Assembly: GCA_963767735.1 (NCBI GenBank)
Contig: CAVYES010000007.1
Coordinates: 256,001-320,000, forward strand
Direction: 5' to 3'
From: Candidatus Bathyarchaeota archaeon
GTDB lineage: Archaea > Thermoproteota > Bathyarchaeia > Bathyarchaeales > Bathycorpusculaceae
Length of the DNA stretch: 64,000 bases
The translations under genes and the position numbers were made by a program. How positions within the stretch are numbered: the stretch's first letter is position 1; the number at the start of each line of letters is the position of its first letter. The notes under the pieces were generated by a model. The model ran no database searches, was not told the origin of the DNA, and saw nothing but the letters and a program-made list of their open reading frames with translations. Positions 52,024-62,413 of this stretch are shown here, one piece after another.

Positions 52024-53190
52024 ATGAAGAATCTAAAGAAAATCTTCCGGGTCATAATTCTGATTACATTGATTCTCGTCTTGTCAGCTGCCAACATGGT
52101 TCACGCTCAAGTAACCGCCACGATATCGGTTGGATTTGGACCGGAAAGCGTAGCATATGATTCGGGAAAGAGAGAAATATTTGTAACTCTTTTTGGCCTA
52201 AATAACACGGTTTCGGTTATATCTGATCGCAATAATAGTGTTGTTGCAAGCGTAAACGTAGGAAACCAACCTAGCGGGGTAGCCTATGATTCTGGCAAGA
52301 GCGAAATCTTCGTAGCAAATGAGGACGACAATACGATCTCAATAATTTCCGACAAAAATAACACCGTTGTTGCAACAGTTCCTGTGGGAACTAATCCTGT
52401 CGGCATAGCTTACGATTCTAGCAAGGGCGAAATATACGTAGTCAATCAAGGTTCCAACTCAGTCTCTATCGTATCGGACAGCAATAATTCTGTCGTAGCA
52501 ACCTTAGCTTTAAACAGTCCTATGGACGTAGCCTATGATTCTGGCAAGAACGAAATTTTCGTAGCTAACGGAAATGAAAACGCAGTAACAGTCATATCAG
52601 ACAAAAACAACAGTATTATTGATACGATTCCAGCTGGAAACAGCCCATATTACTTAGCCTATGATTCTGGCAAAGGCGAAATATTCGTGAGTGGTTTAAC
52701 TGACAGCATTATTTCGGTCATATCGGATAGCACGAACACTGTGGTTGCAAACGTGTCTGTAGCGCAAGGTTCCTATCCAACCGGTCCTTGGGCGATGGCT
52801 TATGATTCAGGTAAGGGCGTAGTGTTTGCAGCCACGGAGGGTGATAGTTCTGTCGGTTCAGGCTGGGTCTCGGTCATATCAGACAGTACCAATAAAGTAT
52901 TGGGCATACTTAACGTAGTGAAAGCCAATCTTGTAGGAATAACCTATGATGACGCCATGAGCGAAGTATTCGTCGCTAATGTTGCTGATGGAACAGTTTC
53001 AGTGATATCAGATTCCTATCTCCCATCCATAACTCCAAGTCCAACGGCATCTGCTTCCCCAAGTCCAACTGTTCCAGAGTTTGGCAGTGCAGGTCTCATT
53101 TTAGTGATGGCAGCAGTGGTGACTGCGACCCTATGTGCGGTTGCATTGACAGTCAGAAAATCGACCCGAACTGGCTTTGATTCGAACTAG
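52024..53190 (+). CDS. Secreted YVTN/YncE beta-propeller with PEF-type C-terminal sorting signal
   Basis: Signal peptide, about 7 repeats of AYDSGKxEIFVAN...VSVISD, P/S/T linker, VPEFG + TM + basic tail. Confidence 0.9.
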   Translation: MKNLKKIFRVIILITLILVLSAANMVHAQVTATISVGFGPESVAYDSGKREIFVTLFGLNNTVSVISDRNNSVVASVNVGNQPSGVAYDSGKSEIFVANEDDNTISIISDKNNTVVATVPVGTNPVGIAYDSSKGEIYVVNQGSNSVSIVSDSNNSVVATLALNSPMDVAYDSGKNEIFVANGNENAVTVISDKNNSIIDTIPAGNSPYYLAYDSGKGEIFVSGLTDSIISVISDSTNTVVANVSVAQGSYPTGPWAMAYDSGKGVVFAATEGDSSVGSGWVSVISDSTNKVLGILNVVKANLVGITYDDAMSEVFVANVADGTVSVISDSYLPSITPSPTASASPSPTVPEFGSAGLILVMAAVVTATLCAVALTVRKSTRTGFDSN

Positions 53191-53210
53191 ACGAAAAAGA
53201 AAGAAAAACA

Positions 53211-53520
53211 CTAGAAAGTGCTGGTGGCCACAGTCTGCGCTTCACCGCTAATGTCATTTGCAATGGTGCCTTTCTGCCCGTTCTTCACGCTATAAGCTGT
53301 TAAGACAACGTTGCTTAACGTGATTTTTGGAGTTCCCGACCCTGAGGTCGTGCCCTGTGGACCCCAAATAACGGTTACAAATGAACCGTTGAGCACATCT
53401 GTTAATAGCGCTGTGCAGTTTGCTGGAACATAAAGCGCTGAAGCCTTAAACGTGTAGGATTGGTTGCCGCTTGCCGTGAAAGCTGGCGACGGAGAATCTT
53501 CTGTGTACGTGTGTTCTAAA
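53211..53520 (-). pseudogene. 5'-truncated fragment resembling a viral tail-tube protein
   Basis: Open frame ...SGNQSYTFKASALYV...FVTVIWGPQG...PKITLSNVVLTAYSVKNGQKGTIANDISGEA, with no SD/start context. Confidence 0.5.
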
Positions 53521-53700
53521 TTCAGGTTGAACTCATAAGGAAAAAAATTAAAATCCGAAGAAAGAGAAAATAAGCATAATAAAAGTTACGTCGAAAAAGC
53601 ACACGACACACACAGTAAAGTTGCCCTAAAAGCACATTGATATGTGTTCGCTGGCGTAGGGGCACATTAAATCAATCATGCAACTTGCTCTAATTAATGA

Positions 53701-54321
53701 CTATGGCGAATTTGTCCATACTGGCGTTACGGTCCAATTGGTTACAGTGCCTTCGTGAAGAATGCTTAAGGAACCATAAGACGCAGGAGCGCCACCAATA
53801 TATTCCGTCTGCTTACCATCTACAACTCCGAGCGTAGTGCTGTAACCGCTTGTGTAAACTCCAAGAAATGAGTCATAACTGCCATAAGTTTTTAGAATAA
53901 AATCGTTAGTTGCATTGTCGGCTCCAAATATTCCACCGCTAAAAGGAACAGTCATGTTTATTTCTAATGTTCCAGTGCCATTGTAAGCAACAATATCTAA
54001 TCCTGCGTTGTATGCCGTGCCTTCTCCAGTATTATTTACTGAACCAGTTATGTAAAGATAATTATACGGAATTGGAGTAGGTGTCCCCATTGCGGTACTT
54101 TCGTCGCCCATTATTTCAGTTACTCCTAATGAAGCCACAAGATGTGCCGTGGGCAAATTTGCTATGAAACTATTTAGCCTTGAAATTTGGCTGTTTAGCT
54201 TTGTTATTTCCCCATTATAGTAAACTATCGTTCCGGCAATTGCACCAACGAAGAGTACAGCTATCAAAACTGACATGACCATTATTTTTTTACTAATGCG
54301 TGCCTTTCTAACCATGCCCAC
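53701..54321 (-). CDS. Membrane-anchored hypothetical protein
   Basis: N-terminal TM + short coiled coil; YLYITGSVNNTG. Confidence 0.75.
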   Translation of the reverse strand: MGMVRKARISKKIMVMSVLIAVLFVGAIAGTIVYYNGEITKLNSQISRLNSFIANLPTAHLVASLGVTEIMGDESTAMGTPTPIPYNYLYITGSVNNTGEGTAYNAGLDIVAYNGTGTLEINMTVPFSGGIFGADNATNDFILKTYGSYDSFLGVYTSGYSTTLGVVDGKQTEYIGGAPASYGSLSILHEGTVTNWTVTPVWTNSP

Positions 54322-56380
54322 CCAACTTCACCTGTATGCGTTTCTTGAAGGAAACCAACAAACCAGTAGCGTCGAATATTTCCAAATGTACCTCAGTTTT
54401 TGGTTTTCTTGCTTTTCCTAAATACAAGTACAGCCCAACTGTAACGATTGCCGCGATGACTACGCCAGTTACTACTCCATAGATTGCTTCTTGAAGTAAA
54501 CTTGACTGCGGTGTAGGGCTATGAGACACTGGCGTGCTGTTTGGGGTTGTTGTGAATACGATTGATATTTGGTGTGTGCTGAAGCTGGTTGTGTACCATA
54601 CGTAGTAGTTGTTGCTGTCTTGGGTGTAGCCTTGGTTTTGGGCAAGTTGGTCGTCGATGTAGATTGTCGGCGATGTTCCGTAAGTTACTGCGCTTATCGG
54701 GATGGTTATGTTGCCAAAGCCAGTTGTGCCACTTTGTCCTGTTACAGTGAAAGAAACCGTTGTTGTTTTGTCTGACTGGTTTGTTGTGATTGTTACGTTG
54801 GACATTTGTGAAATGGTTACATTCCCGCCCAGTATAAGGTCAACAGTTGCGCCATTCTCAGTCGTTGCAGGAACTGTTGCGCTCGCGCTAACAATAACCC
54901 AAACTCCTGATATTGGAAAACTGTCGTAATCACCATAGCCTGCCGAATCGCTTATGTTAAGAGAAATGTCATATGTTCCAGGTGTGGATTCGACGAACGT
55001 AAAGGTTGATGATGTGGCACCTGGAAACGCAACAATAGGTCCTTCTGGCGAACCCCCTACTGAAGTCCACAACTGCGTGTCCCACTGATAAATATATGGC
55101 GGATTTCCAGACGTTGGGTTTGCTGTGATTTCAACCGGTTGATTCACATACGTATATTGAATGAATGACTGCTTAATGCTCATCGATATTCCAGTAACAA
55201 TTCCAATTGGCTTTGGTGGCGGTGTTGGTGTCGGAAAAGGTGTTGGAATTTGAGTTGGCGTAGATGAACCACCAAAAGCATAAACGTTATCGTCATCGGA
55301 GCCTACATACACTATCCCGTTAACGACAGCAGGAGACGACTCAACCATGCCGCCAGTTGGGTAACTCCAGAGTTTGGTGCCGCTTGTAGCGTTCAAGGCA
55401 TAAACGTTATCGTCATCGGAGCCTATGTAAATTACGTTGTCAACAACAGCAGGAGACGAAGTAAACTCGTCCCGGAAAGTGTCAACGTTCCCGATGTTGT
55501 AACTCCAGAGTTCTGCTCCGTTCGCAGCGTTCAAAGCATAAACATAGCCGTTACCTGATAATATGTATACCACATCGTTGACGATAGCAGGAGACGAATC
55601 AACGGGATCGCCAGCAAAGTAACTCCAGAGTTGGTTGCCGCTCGTGGCGTTCAAAGCATAAACGTTACCATCATCCGAGCCTACACACACTACCCCGCCG
55701 ACAACAGCAGGAGATGAGTGAACCTCTCCGTTGGTAGCGTAACACCAGAGCGGGACGCCGTTGGTAGCGTTCAAAGCATAAACGTTACCGTCATCGGAGC
55801 CTACATACACTACCCCGTTCACAACGGCAGGCGACGAGTCAACATAGCCGCTAGTGGTGTAATTCCAGAGTTTGTCGCCGTTAGTAGCGTTCAAAGCATA
55901 AATGTTTCTATTAAATGAGGCTATGTATACAACGCCGTTTAAGACAGCTGGAGACGCCCAAACCCAGTCACTAGTATTGTAATTCCAAAGTTTGACGCCG
56001 TTGGTAGCGTTCAAAGCATAAACGTTACCGTCAAACGAGGCTATGTATACTACGCCGTTGAAGACGGCAGGAGATGAAAAAACATCGTCACCTGTGGTGT
56101 ACTTCCAGAGTTGGATGCCACTTGTAGCGTCCAAAGCATAAACGTTGCCATCCTCGGAACCTATGTAAACTACGCCGTTGACAACAGCGGGAGACGAATA
56201 AACACTGTTAGCTGTGAGGTATTTCCAGACTAAGGTTGGGTAAGGTTGTGGATTGCCTATGCCGACGCCATCGTGAGACGGGTCCGAGCGGAACATTATC
56301 CAATCCGCGTTCGCAAATGGAACCAAAACTAAGCTGAAAAGAAAAATTATGCAAATTAATGCTCCGGCGGTTTTTTTCAT
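54308..56380 (-). CDS. Cell-surface PQQ-repeat beta-propeller protein with PKD-like domain and C-terminal TM
   Basis: Eight SSPAVVNGVVYIGSDDGNVYALNAT.G..LW repeats (about 120-bp DNA repeats, 55270-56220). Confidence 0.92.
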   Translation of the reverse strand: MKKTAGALICIIFLFSLVLVPFANADWIMFRSDPSHDGVGIGNPQPYPTLVWKYLTANSVYSSPAVVNGVVYIGSEDGNVYALDATSGIQLWKYTTGDDVFSSPAVFNGVVYIASFDGNVYALNATNGVKLWNYNTSDWVWASPAVLNGVVYIASFNRNIYALNATNGDKLWNYTTSGYVDSSPAVVNGVVYVGSDDGNVYALNATNGVPLWCYATNGEVHSSPAVVGGVVCVGSDDGNVYALNATSGNQLWSYFAGDPVDSSPAIVNDVVYILSGNGYVYALNAANGAELWSYNIGNVDTFRDEFTSSPAVVDNVIYIGSDDDNVYALNATSGTKLWSYPTGGMVESSPAVVNGIVYVGSDDDNVYAFGGSSTPTQIPTPFPTPTPPPKPIGIVTGISMSIKQSFIQYTYVNQPVEITANPTSGNPPYIYQWDTQLWTSVGGSPEGPIVAFPGATSSTFTFVESTPGTYDISLNISDSAGYGDYDSFPISGVWVIVSASATVPATTENGATVDLILGGNVTISQMSNVTITTNQSDKTTTVSFTVTGQSGTTGFGNITIPISAVTYGTSPTIYIDDQLAQNQGYTQDSNNYYVWYTTSFSTHQISIVFTTTPNSTPVSHSPTPQSSLLQEAIYGVVTGVVIAAIVTVGLYLYLGKARKPKTEVHLEIFDATGLLVSFKKRIQVKLGGHG

Positions 56381-56932
56381 TTGTTTTCTGATTTGCTATT
56401 TGGTTCTTAAAGCGATAAAAGGTTTCTTGTACATGTTTCTTGACTAAGCGGCTAATTTTCAGTACAGATTTCTTGACTAAATGCCGTCAAGCAGTGCCCG
56501 GTGACCAACCTAACCGCTTGGGCACGACGAAGAAATTAAAATCCGGTGCAAAGCCTTTGGGAATCTCATAACGTAACGCTTAGCGACGTTGACGCCTTCT
56601 GTGTCAACTTATCGCTTAACCCACACTTTTTTTATTTTAAGCTTTTACGATAACACCTCTGCAAAGTAATTACACTGCACGCAGAAGAGAAATTCTAATT
56701 GACCTTTAGGAAAAGTAATTTTTAAATTTAAAATCGTAAAAGTAGTCTTTAGTGAGGTTACTCGAAAAAGGCGTGTGTTGTGCAGTTTGATCAAGCCTTG
56801 ATTGCTCGTATGTGCCATTATCGCTTTGGCCTTGGCTCTCCCATCGGAAAAGTCGCTATACCCCTACTTATTCACTTAACCGCTTAATCGCTTACTGTGC
56901 TAAGGCTTAATCCAACCTTATCGCAAAAACCA

Positions 56933-57002
56933 CTGTTCTATGAGAACCCAGGTAAACCGTATACTATATAGTAATCGTTTCACCCAAGTTTCCATAGAAC
57001 AG
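56933..57002. repeat. 70-bp imperfect palindrome, copy A
   Basis: ctgttctatg...tactat|atagta...catagaacag; 26/35 Watson-Crick pairs with no gaps. Confidence 0.85.
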
Positions 57003-57187
57003 CCGATAATGCATTTCCCAAAGGGTATTGCGGAACATTATTGTGATCTATGCTCTTTGTCTGCGCCAGAATTCAGTCATCAATTTTTGTCAGCCATTAC
57101 TTCTCTCCAGCGATCAAAGAACTGCGCGACCGAACGTTGAGGGCTTTGAAGGAAATGGAAACAGAACGAGCCCAATAACGTTTCTTT

Positions 57188-57952
57188 CTAAGTGGATGCA
57201 CAAAGACTCGGTTTTTCATAACGTTTTAAAATGAATGTAAAAGTACTTATTGCCCACAAATACAGAAAGTTTGCAACCTCATCTGTGACAAACTCGGGGT
57301 GAGACCCATAATGACACAGCATTTTAAACAGTGCTTCGACAGATTTTGGCTCTTCCTTTCTTGGAGTTTCTTTGAGTACACCTGCATCCACTAATTGTCC
57401 TATGGCATCTGTGAAGGCACTATACGGTGTTATTGATCGCTTTTTGAGAATTTCTTCAATTAGTGATTGCAAACAATTCCTGAAAAGAGCAAATGACCCG
57501 GAATAACTAACTCTGTAGATTTCCAACGCCTGAGTGAGATGGGCAGCGGCTAAAGTAAAGTCTTGCTTAGTCATTTCTGTCTGAAGGTAGCTTTTCCTTT
57601 CTACCAAATCAGGTTTGATAGATTCTTCAACAACTGGCGAAACGACACCGTCAGAGCCTACGGTTATTAGCAGCGAAACTTCCAACGCCATTTCTAATTC
57701 AAAAAGCTTTTCTTCGACTGCTCCGTCATAATCGCTAACTATTATGTATTTTCGTGCATCCTGTACAACCTTCTGCACAACTTTGAGTTCATTTGCTCCA
57801 GAAATTCTTGATGAGAAATTCATAGCGACCTTAAATTTGTTTTCTCCTTCGGGCTCGATGTTTAGTTTATTCGCCATGAGCTCAATATTCGTACGTGAAT
57901 ATAACGCACTCATCAGATCGGACAAGCAGGCACGAACGTCTAATGGTAACAT
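57188..57952 (-). CDS. Hypothetical protein with Abi/HEPN-like C-terminus
   Basis: Helical C-terminal domain with RNCLQSL and HYGSHPE...A..L; defence-island context. Confidence 0.55.
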   Translation of the reverse strand: MLPLDVRACLSDLMSALYSRTNIELMANKLNIEPEGENKFKVAMNFSSRISGANELKVVQKVVQDARKYIIVSDYDGAVEEKLFELEMALEVSLLITVGSDGVVSPVVEESIKPDLVERKSYLQTEMTKQDFTLAAAHLTQALEIYRVSYSGSFALFRNCLQSLIEEILKKRSITPYSAFTDAIGQLVDAGVLKETPRKEEPKSVEALFKMLCHYGSHPEFVTDEVANFLYLWAISTFTFILKRYEKPSLCAST

Positions 57953-58075
57953 TATCTGTCCCTCTTTTCTTAAATACAGTATTAAACCTTAAGAATTTAG
58001 CTACGGACTCGGTTGATGTACGGCACACAAACTGTTAAATCTAAATTTTGAGTTTGAAGTTATTGGGACAGAAAA

Positions 58076-58663
58076 ATGAAGAAAACCTGTGTTTTCTGTA
58101 ATCCTGAAGATTTTGGAAATAGAAAACTGCGTCTTGAGGACCAAAATGGCTATTGGTACTCGATAGTACCAAAGGAAATTGGCACCTTCGGTCAAGTTCT
58201 ATTGGTTGCAAAGAAAAAGCCTGAAGATGGAAGGCACATAACCGACATAAGCGATTCATTACTATTGAAGGATCCATCACGTCTACAATCTATTATGAAA
58301 GGAATTAGTATTATTTCCAACAAGTTGAAGGAAGGATTGAAAGACTCACAGGGTAGAATAGTTGAGAAAGTTTATGTTTTGACCCAGTGTGAGGGAAAAG
58401 AATCGCATCTTCATTTCCAATTCTTCCCTCGCTACAAAGGAGATCTCGAAAGAAACATGTTTCTCTACAATTGTGAATTAGAGGAAGCAAGATGGCAAGA
58501 CCCACCAGAGTTGAAGCCTGAGACGAGGATTATGGAAGGAAGAAGAATCCTTAAGAAATATGACCAATTACTGAAAGAAAACCAATTTTTTTATCACATA
58601 GATTACAGATCGAAAGTAACAGATGATACCGTGAAAGAGCTAAACCGCGTGCTAACGCAGTAG
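58076..58663 (+). CDS. HIT-superfamily nucleotide hydrolase/transferase
   Basis: N-terminal CVFC, GQVLLV, and HLHFQFFPRY (HxHxQ). Confidence 0.78.
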   Translation: MKKTCVFCNPEDFGNRKLRLEDQNGYWYSIVPKEIGTFGQVLLVAKKKPEDGRHITDISDSLLLKDPSRLQSIMKGISIISNKLKEGLKDSQGRIVEKVYVLTQCEGKESHLHFQFFPRYKGDLERNMFLYNCELEEARWQDPPELKPETRIMEGRRILKKYDQLLKENQFFYHIDYRSKVTDDTVKELNRVLTQ

Positions 58664-58765
58664 AGATGCATTGGTTTACCCTATCACAGATTTTCTGCTG
58701 AAAATCAACCCAAAGCATTACACGACGTTCTTAAGACAAGCAATGGGATTCTATATCTCATTATT

Positions 58766-59524
58766 TTAGATTGGAGAGGCTATGTATTTTTGCAATAAGA
58801 ACAGAATTTCTTTTCCCTCTTTCTTGTTCTCCTTACCCAATACGGAATAGATGCCTATGATTTTTTCCACTTCAGGAGTTGCTGATTCAAGCAATGATTG
58901 TGATATTATTTCTATGTTAGCGTTTTTCTTAAAGGTAGTTTTGCTTTGGAGACAACGAGCACTAATCTTCTTGAGAGCTGTGTCGTAATCCTTTTTCAAC
59001 ATAGCAGGCAAAACATTATCGGGATTTCTCGACACTATAAGGTCTTGAGAAATATCGTATGCCCTTGCAATATCAGCACCGTCCATCACGCCTCTTTTCT
59101 CTAACGATAATTCCATTTCCCCAGACAAGGTCTGACTCCACGAGTGGAACACCTTTTGTTTTACCATTCTTGTTGTAATTTCTAATTCTGCAAATTCTGG
59201 CAACGCATTTTTCTTAAAAGAACTAATTAAAACATACAAGTCTTCATGGTGCTTTTTCATAAGGAAATCTGTTCCTTATTCATAGAGCATTTTCAAATTT
59301 GTAAAGTCAAAACTAACATCGGGTTCTTCCAAAAATTTTTCCAGCGTCTCAATGTTTCGACGTATTTCATTATGCAAGAGAGGGTACTTTTCCTTAACAA
59401 CGTCGGTGATATATTGTTGAGAAATTTGCCGTTTCTGAATCCTACCTCCAACAAAGTAACCAATGATACCCGTAATGACCGCTGGAATAATAATCGGAAA
59501 CCATTGCGTTAGTTCTTCGCTCAT
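58766..59524 (-). pseudogene. Membrane-anchored hypothetical protein split by an in-frame TAA at 59276-59278
   Basis: Both ORF-track pieces are in the same frame (MLYE*GTDFLMKKH); N-terminal TM. Confidence 0.6.
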
Positions 59525-59807
59525 TATTCGCACTTTGAAGAGTAATTGAGCTTTGCAGACTAAAAAACTTGCACTAATAGAGACTGATCTAAGGATTCCT
59601 GAATTATTCGCCGATTTTATCGAGGGCAGACTTTCTCAGAAGATAAAAACATCTAAAAGGCTTACAATAATCGCCCAAAAAGCTTAGAAAAACCAATTGA
59701 TTTGCCAACCGCTTAGAAAGATTCTCATCTTTAAAATCGAAATTTGTTTTTTTTCAAGCGTCAACAGCCTCAATAAACATAATTAGACTTAAAATGTTTG
59801 TAAAAGG

Positions 59808-59883
59808 TAAGCGTGGGGGGATTTGAACCCCCGTCTTGGGAATGCGAATCCCCATGCTCTAATCCGGGCTAAGCTACACGGGC
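59808..59883 (-). tRNA. Degenerate tRNA-like gene (apparent anticodon CGC), probably a pseudo-tRNA
   Basis: D arm GCTT/GAGC, TGGG(G)A-TTCGCAT-TCCCA, T arm GGGGG-TTCAAAT-CCCCC; the acceptor stem has only 4/7 Watson-Crick pairs. Confidence 0.6.
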
Positions 59884-60074
59884 ACGTTTAGTTCGATTGC
59901 TCAAACATCGTGTAACCATACGCCAATCTATGACTAAAGTCAGTAAATATTTAAGTTTTTAGCAATTATCTATGTGGACGCATTGGTGCGTCAAGCAGCG
60001 CGCTACAATATATGCTTGCATGTAGGGAAATATTGGGATCAGAAAAAACCGCTTTTTCCAAGCTGTTTAGGCGC

Positions 60075-61397
60075 TTAACCGAATAAGCTCTTCCATAGCG
60101 GTGGAGTTTGATTGTTAAGAGGGTCGAACCGTCTAAATACAAGATTTTCATTTCGTGATGCTTCAAAGCAATTGGGACATAGTAGTTCTTTAGAAATCAA
60201 ATATTTTCGTCTCCAATATCCATGTTCTCGGCAAGTAGTGCGACCACACCGTTTACATCTAAACCCATGAATACTCTTAATCAAAAACCCGCCAGAATGA
60301 GTTGTTTTTCCGCATGTATCACAAATAATTGCGCCTTCAGATATTCTACTGTTGCAGAGTTGACATTGTCGTAAATTGTCTGAGACTGATAACAAGCGTC
60401 CTGATGGCGATTGAGTTCCTTGAGTGTAATAGCTTGTTGCGCCCAATTTAAAATCTATCCGAGTCAAAGGTAAATAGAGTTGTCGAACATCGCTAATGTA
60501 CACTTCTCTTTCTCCAGGTACACATTCTTTAGTATATCTTTGATTGTTACGCCCATAGTAGGAAACATTCCGAGTATGCTTCTGTATGATGAATTTCTTG
60601 GCACTTCGTTGCATTGTTGTAGAGTCAACTTGGAATGTTGGCAAGTCTCCCACAAAGTCTTGATGTGGCTGATTAAACCGGTCCTGCTGTTCTGACTCCA
60701 AGAAAGCACTTATGTTGTCGTTATGTAGTTGACCAGTGTTTCCATCCAAAAAGAGTCGAGCTTTAGAAACATTCTCTTGATGAACTATTCCTACTGAAGT
60801 CTCAAACACGCAGCTTACATTATATGTTATCGAATATACTGGTCTATAGGAAATCGCTCTGTTCAAGTTGTTTAGCAATTTAGAAGGATGCCGTGGATAA
60901 CTTGACGAAAGTGAAGCGACATAAGATGATATTGTTTGAGCAGTTTCGTCTCTTGGTGAAAGAGAATAAGTCCAAACGCTTAATTTCTGTCTGCCACTAA
61001 CCATAGTTACATTCGCACGAGACGCCATGTCAACCAAAATTGGTCGGTCTATCATATCAATTTGGGTATGTGTACTTGTAAGATTCTCCGCATATTCTAA
61101 CGCTTCTTTTGTAAAGTGTCCTGTCGTTACAAGCATGCCCTTAACAGCTTTCGAGGTTATGACGGCCGAGTGCAACTTTTGAACTATTGGGCGTCCTATA
61201 CTGGTCTTTGGCTGGTGCTTGCATTCTACAACGATTAACCCTTTTGCGGAGTGGATTAATATGTCTCTGCCTCCATCTTGAGTGAAAAGTATTTTCTCAA
61301 CGTGCCCATAGTCTAATCTTTCCAGTATATCTGCAACGAGTTCTTCAAAATCAAACCCTGACATCTTATCTAAGAAAACCGCTGCGTTTTCAGTCAA
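60075..61397 (-). CDS. Mrr-type (PD-(D/E)xK) restriction endonuclease with C-terminal zinc fingers
   Basis: FEELVADIL, DGGRD, VECKH, TTGHFT; C-terminal CxxC clusters. Confidence 0.85.
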   Translation of the reverse strand: MTENAAVFLDKMSGFDFEELVADILERLDYGHVEKILFTQDGGRDILIHSAKGLIVVECKHQPKTSIGRPIVQKLHSAVITSKAVKGMLVTTGHFTKEALEYAENLTSTHTQIDMIDRPILVDMASRANVTMVSGRQKLSVWTYSLSPRDETAQTISSYVASLSSSYPRHPSKLLNNLNRAISYRPVYSITYNVSCVFETSVGIVHQENVSKARLFLDGNTGQLHNDNISAFLESEQQDRFNQPHQDFVGDLPTFQVDSTTMQRSAKKFIIQKHTRNVSYYGRNNQRYTKECVPGEREVYISDVRQLYLPLTRIDFKLGATSYYTQGTQSPSGRLLSVSDNLRQCQLCNSRISEGAIICDTCGKTTHSGGFLIKSIHGFRCKRCGRTTCREHGYWRRKYLISKELLCPNCFEASRNENLVFRRFDPLNNQTPPLWKSLFG

Positions 61398-61678
61398 CCA
61401 GCAAGCACCTTATTTTATATTGTTCTAATTCCGAGACAGCATCTATTTTAAACTTGTGCCAATTTGTTTCTCGCATATGCTTCTATATAATTTAACTATC
61501 TGTTGGTCAAACAGACGCTTAGTCCTATGAAGAGATTGTTAAATCACACAAGAAACACGAAAGAAAAACGCCGAATCTAATGTTCTTTACATGGAATGGC
61601 GAATTGTGCGCCCCGCGTTTCCAAGTTATCTACCCCTATCATTCCGCAAGAAAAGTCTCTCAAACTTTTTGCAAAGAC

Positions 61679-61748
61679 TCGTCCTATGGAAAACAGGGTA
61701 AACCGATTACTATATAGTAAGTGATTTACCCAATTTTTCATAGAACAG
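61679..61748. repeat. 70-bp imperfect palindrome, copy B
   Basis: 54/70 identical to copy A without gaps, same tactatatagta centre. Confidence 0.85.
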
Positions 61749-61787
61749 GCAGATATTTGCGAAAAAAAAAATAAAAAATAATAGGGC

Positions 61788-61943
61788 TTAATCCTCTGGC
61801 TTAGGCAAAACGAACAATGGAAACGTGTCCAAGTTCGACTCTTCAGCTGTTTTGATTCCGAGGAACTGTTTGATTTTCACCTGAGCCTCCACTGTGAAGT
61901 CGCTAAGGTATATCGGGAGCTCGTCGGATTCATTTTTGCTCAT
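61788..61943 (-). CDS. Small hypothetical protein (51 aa)
   Basis: MSKNESDELPIYLSDFTVEAQVKIKQFLGIKTAEESNLDTFPLFVLPKPED, followed by a T-rich terminator. Confidence 0.6.
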   Translation of the reverse strand: MSKNESDELPIYLSDFTVEAQVKIKQFLGIKTAEESNLDTFPLFVLPKPED

Positions 61944-62413
61944 TTTATCATCTCATAAACGACGACCTAATCCTGATTCTTAAAGGTCTATCACGCAGTG
62001 GGACCTATAGAGACAAAGAGATGAAGGCGACTTAAACTCTTTTTTGATGCCGGTATGCTATTAGCTTAATTCATCATCCGCCTTCTCTATCTACCCCGAT
62101 TTCTGATAGAACTTCGTCACATGGCGGTACGGTTCATTGGAGGGGTTCAAATTTCCCAATGACGCTGCTTGAAAAGGTCCAAGCCATGTTTTCTAAAAAA
62201 ATCAAATGAATCGATGTCACCTTAGCGTTTAGGGTTTGCTGAGGCTCTGGGACTTTTTGAGGAGAAAAGAACGCAAATGCGAATGCGCTATCACGATGCT
62301 GAGCGATTGCGTAAATCGTGATTAACCAGAGCCTTCTCAGCCCCATTTTTCGCCATTGCTTTTGAGACTAAAAAAGGGGAAAGAGAGATTGTGGTTGTTT
62401 TATTGTTTTGGTT

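Noticed and set aside
52140-53010. Repeated gcctatgattctggcaa words
   Set aside because: Coding repeats of the YVTN beta-propeller.
55270-56220. Regular ~120-bp DNA repeats that could suggest CRISPR or a DGR template/variable pair
   Set aside because: They are in-frame PQQ propeller repeats of one CDS. There are no unique spacers, cas genes or reverse transcriptase.
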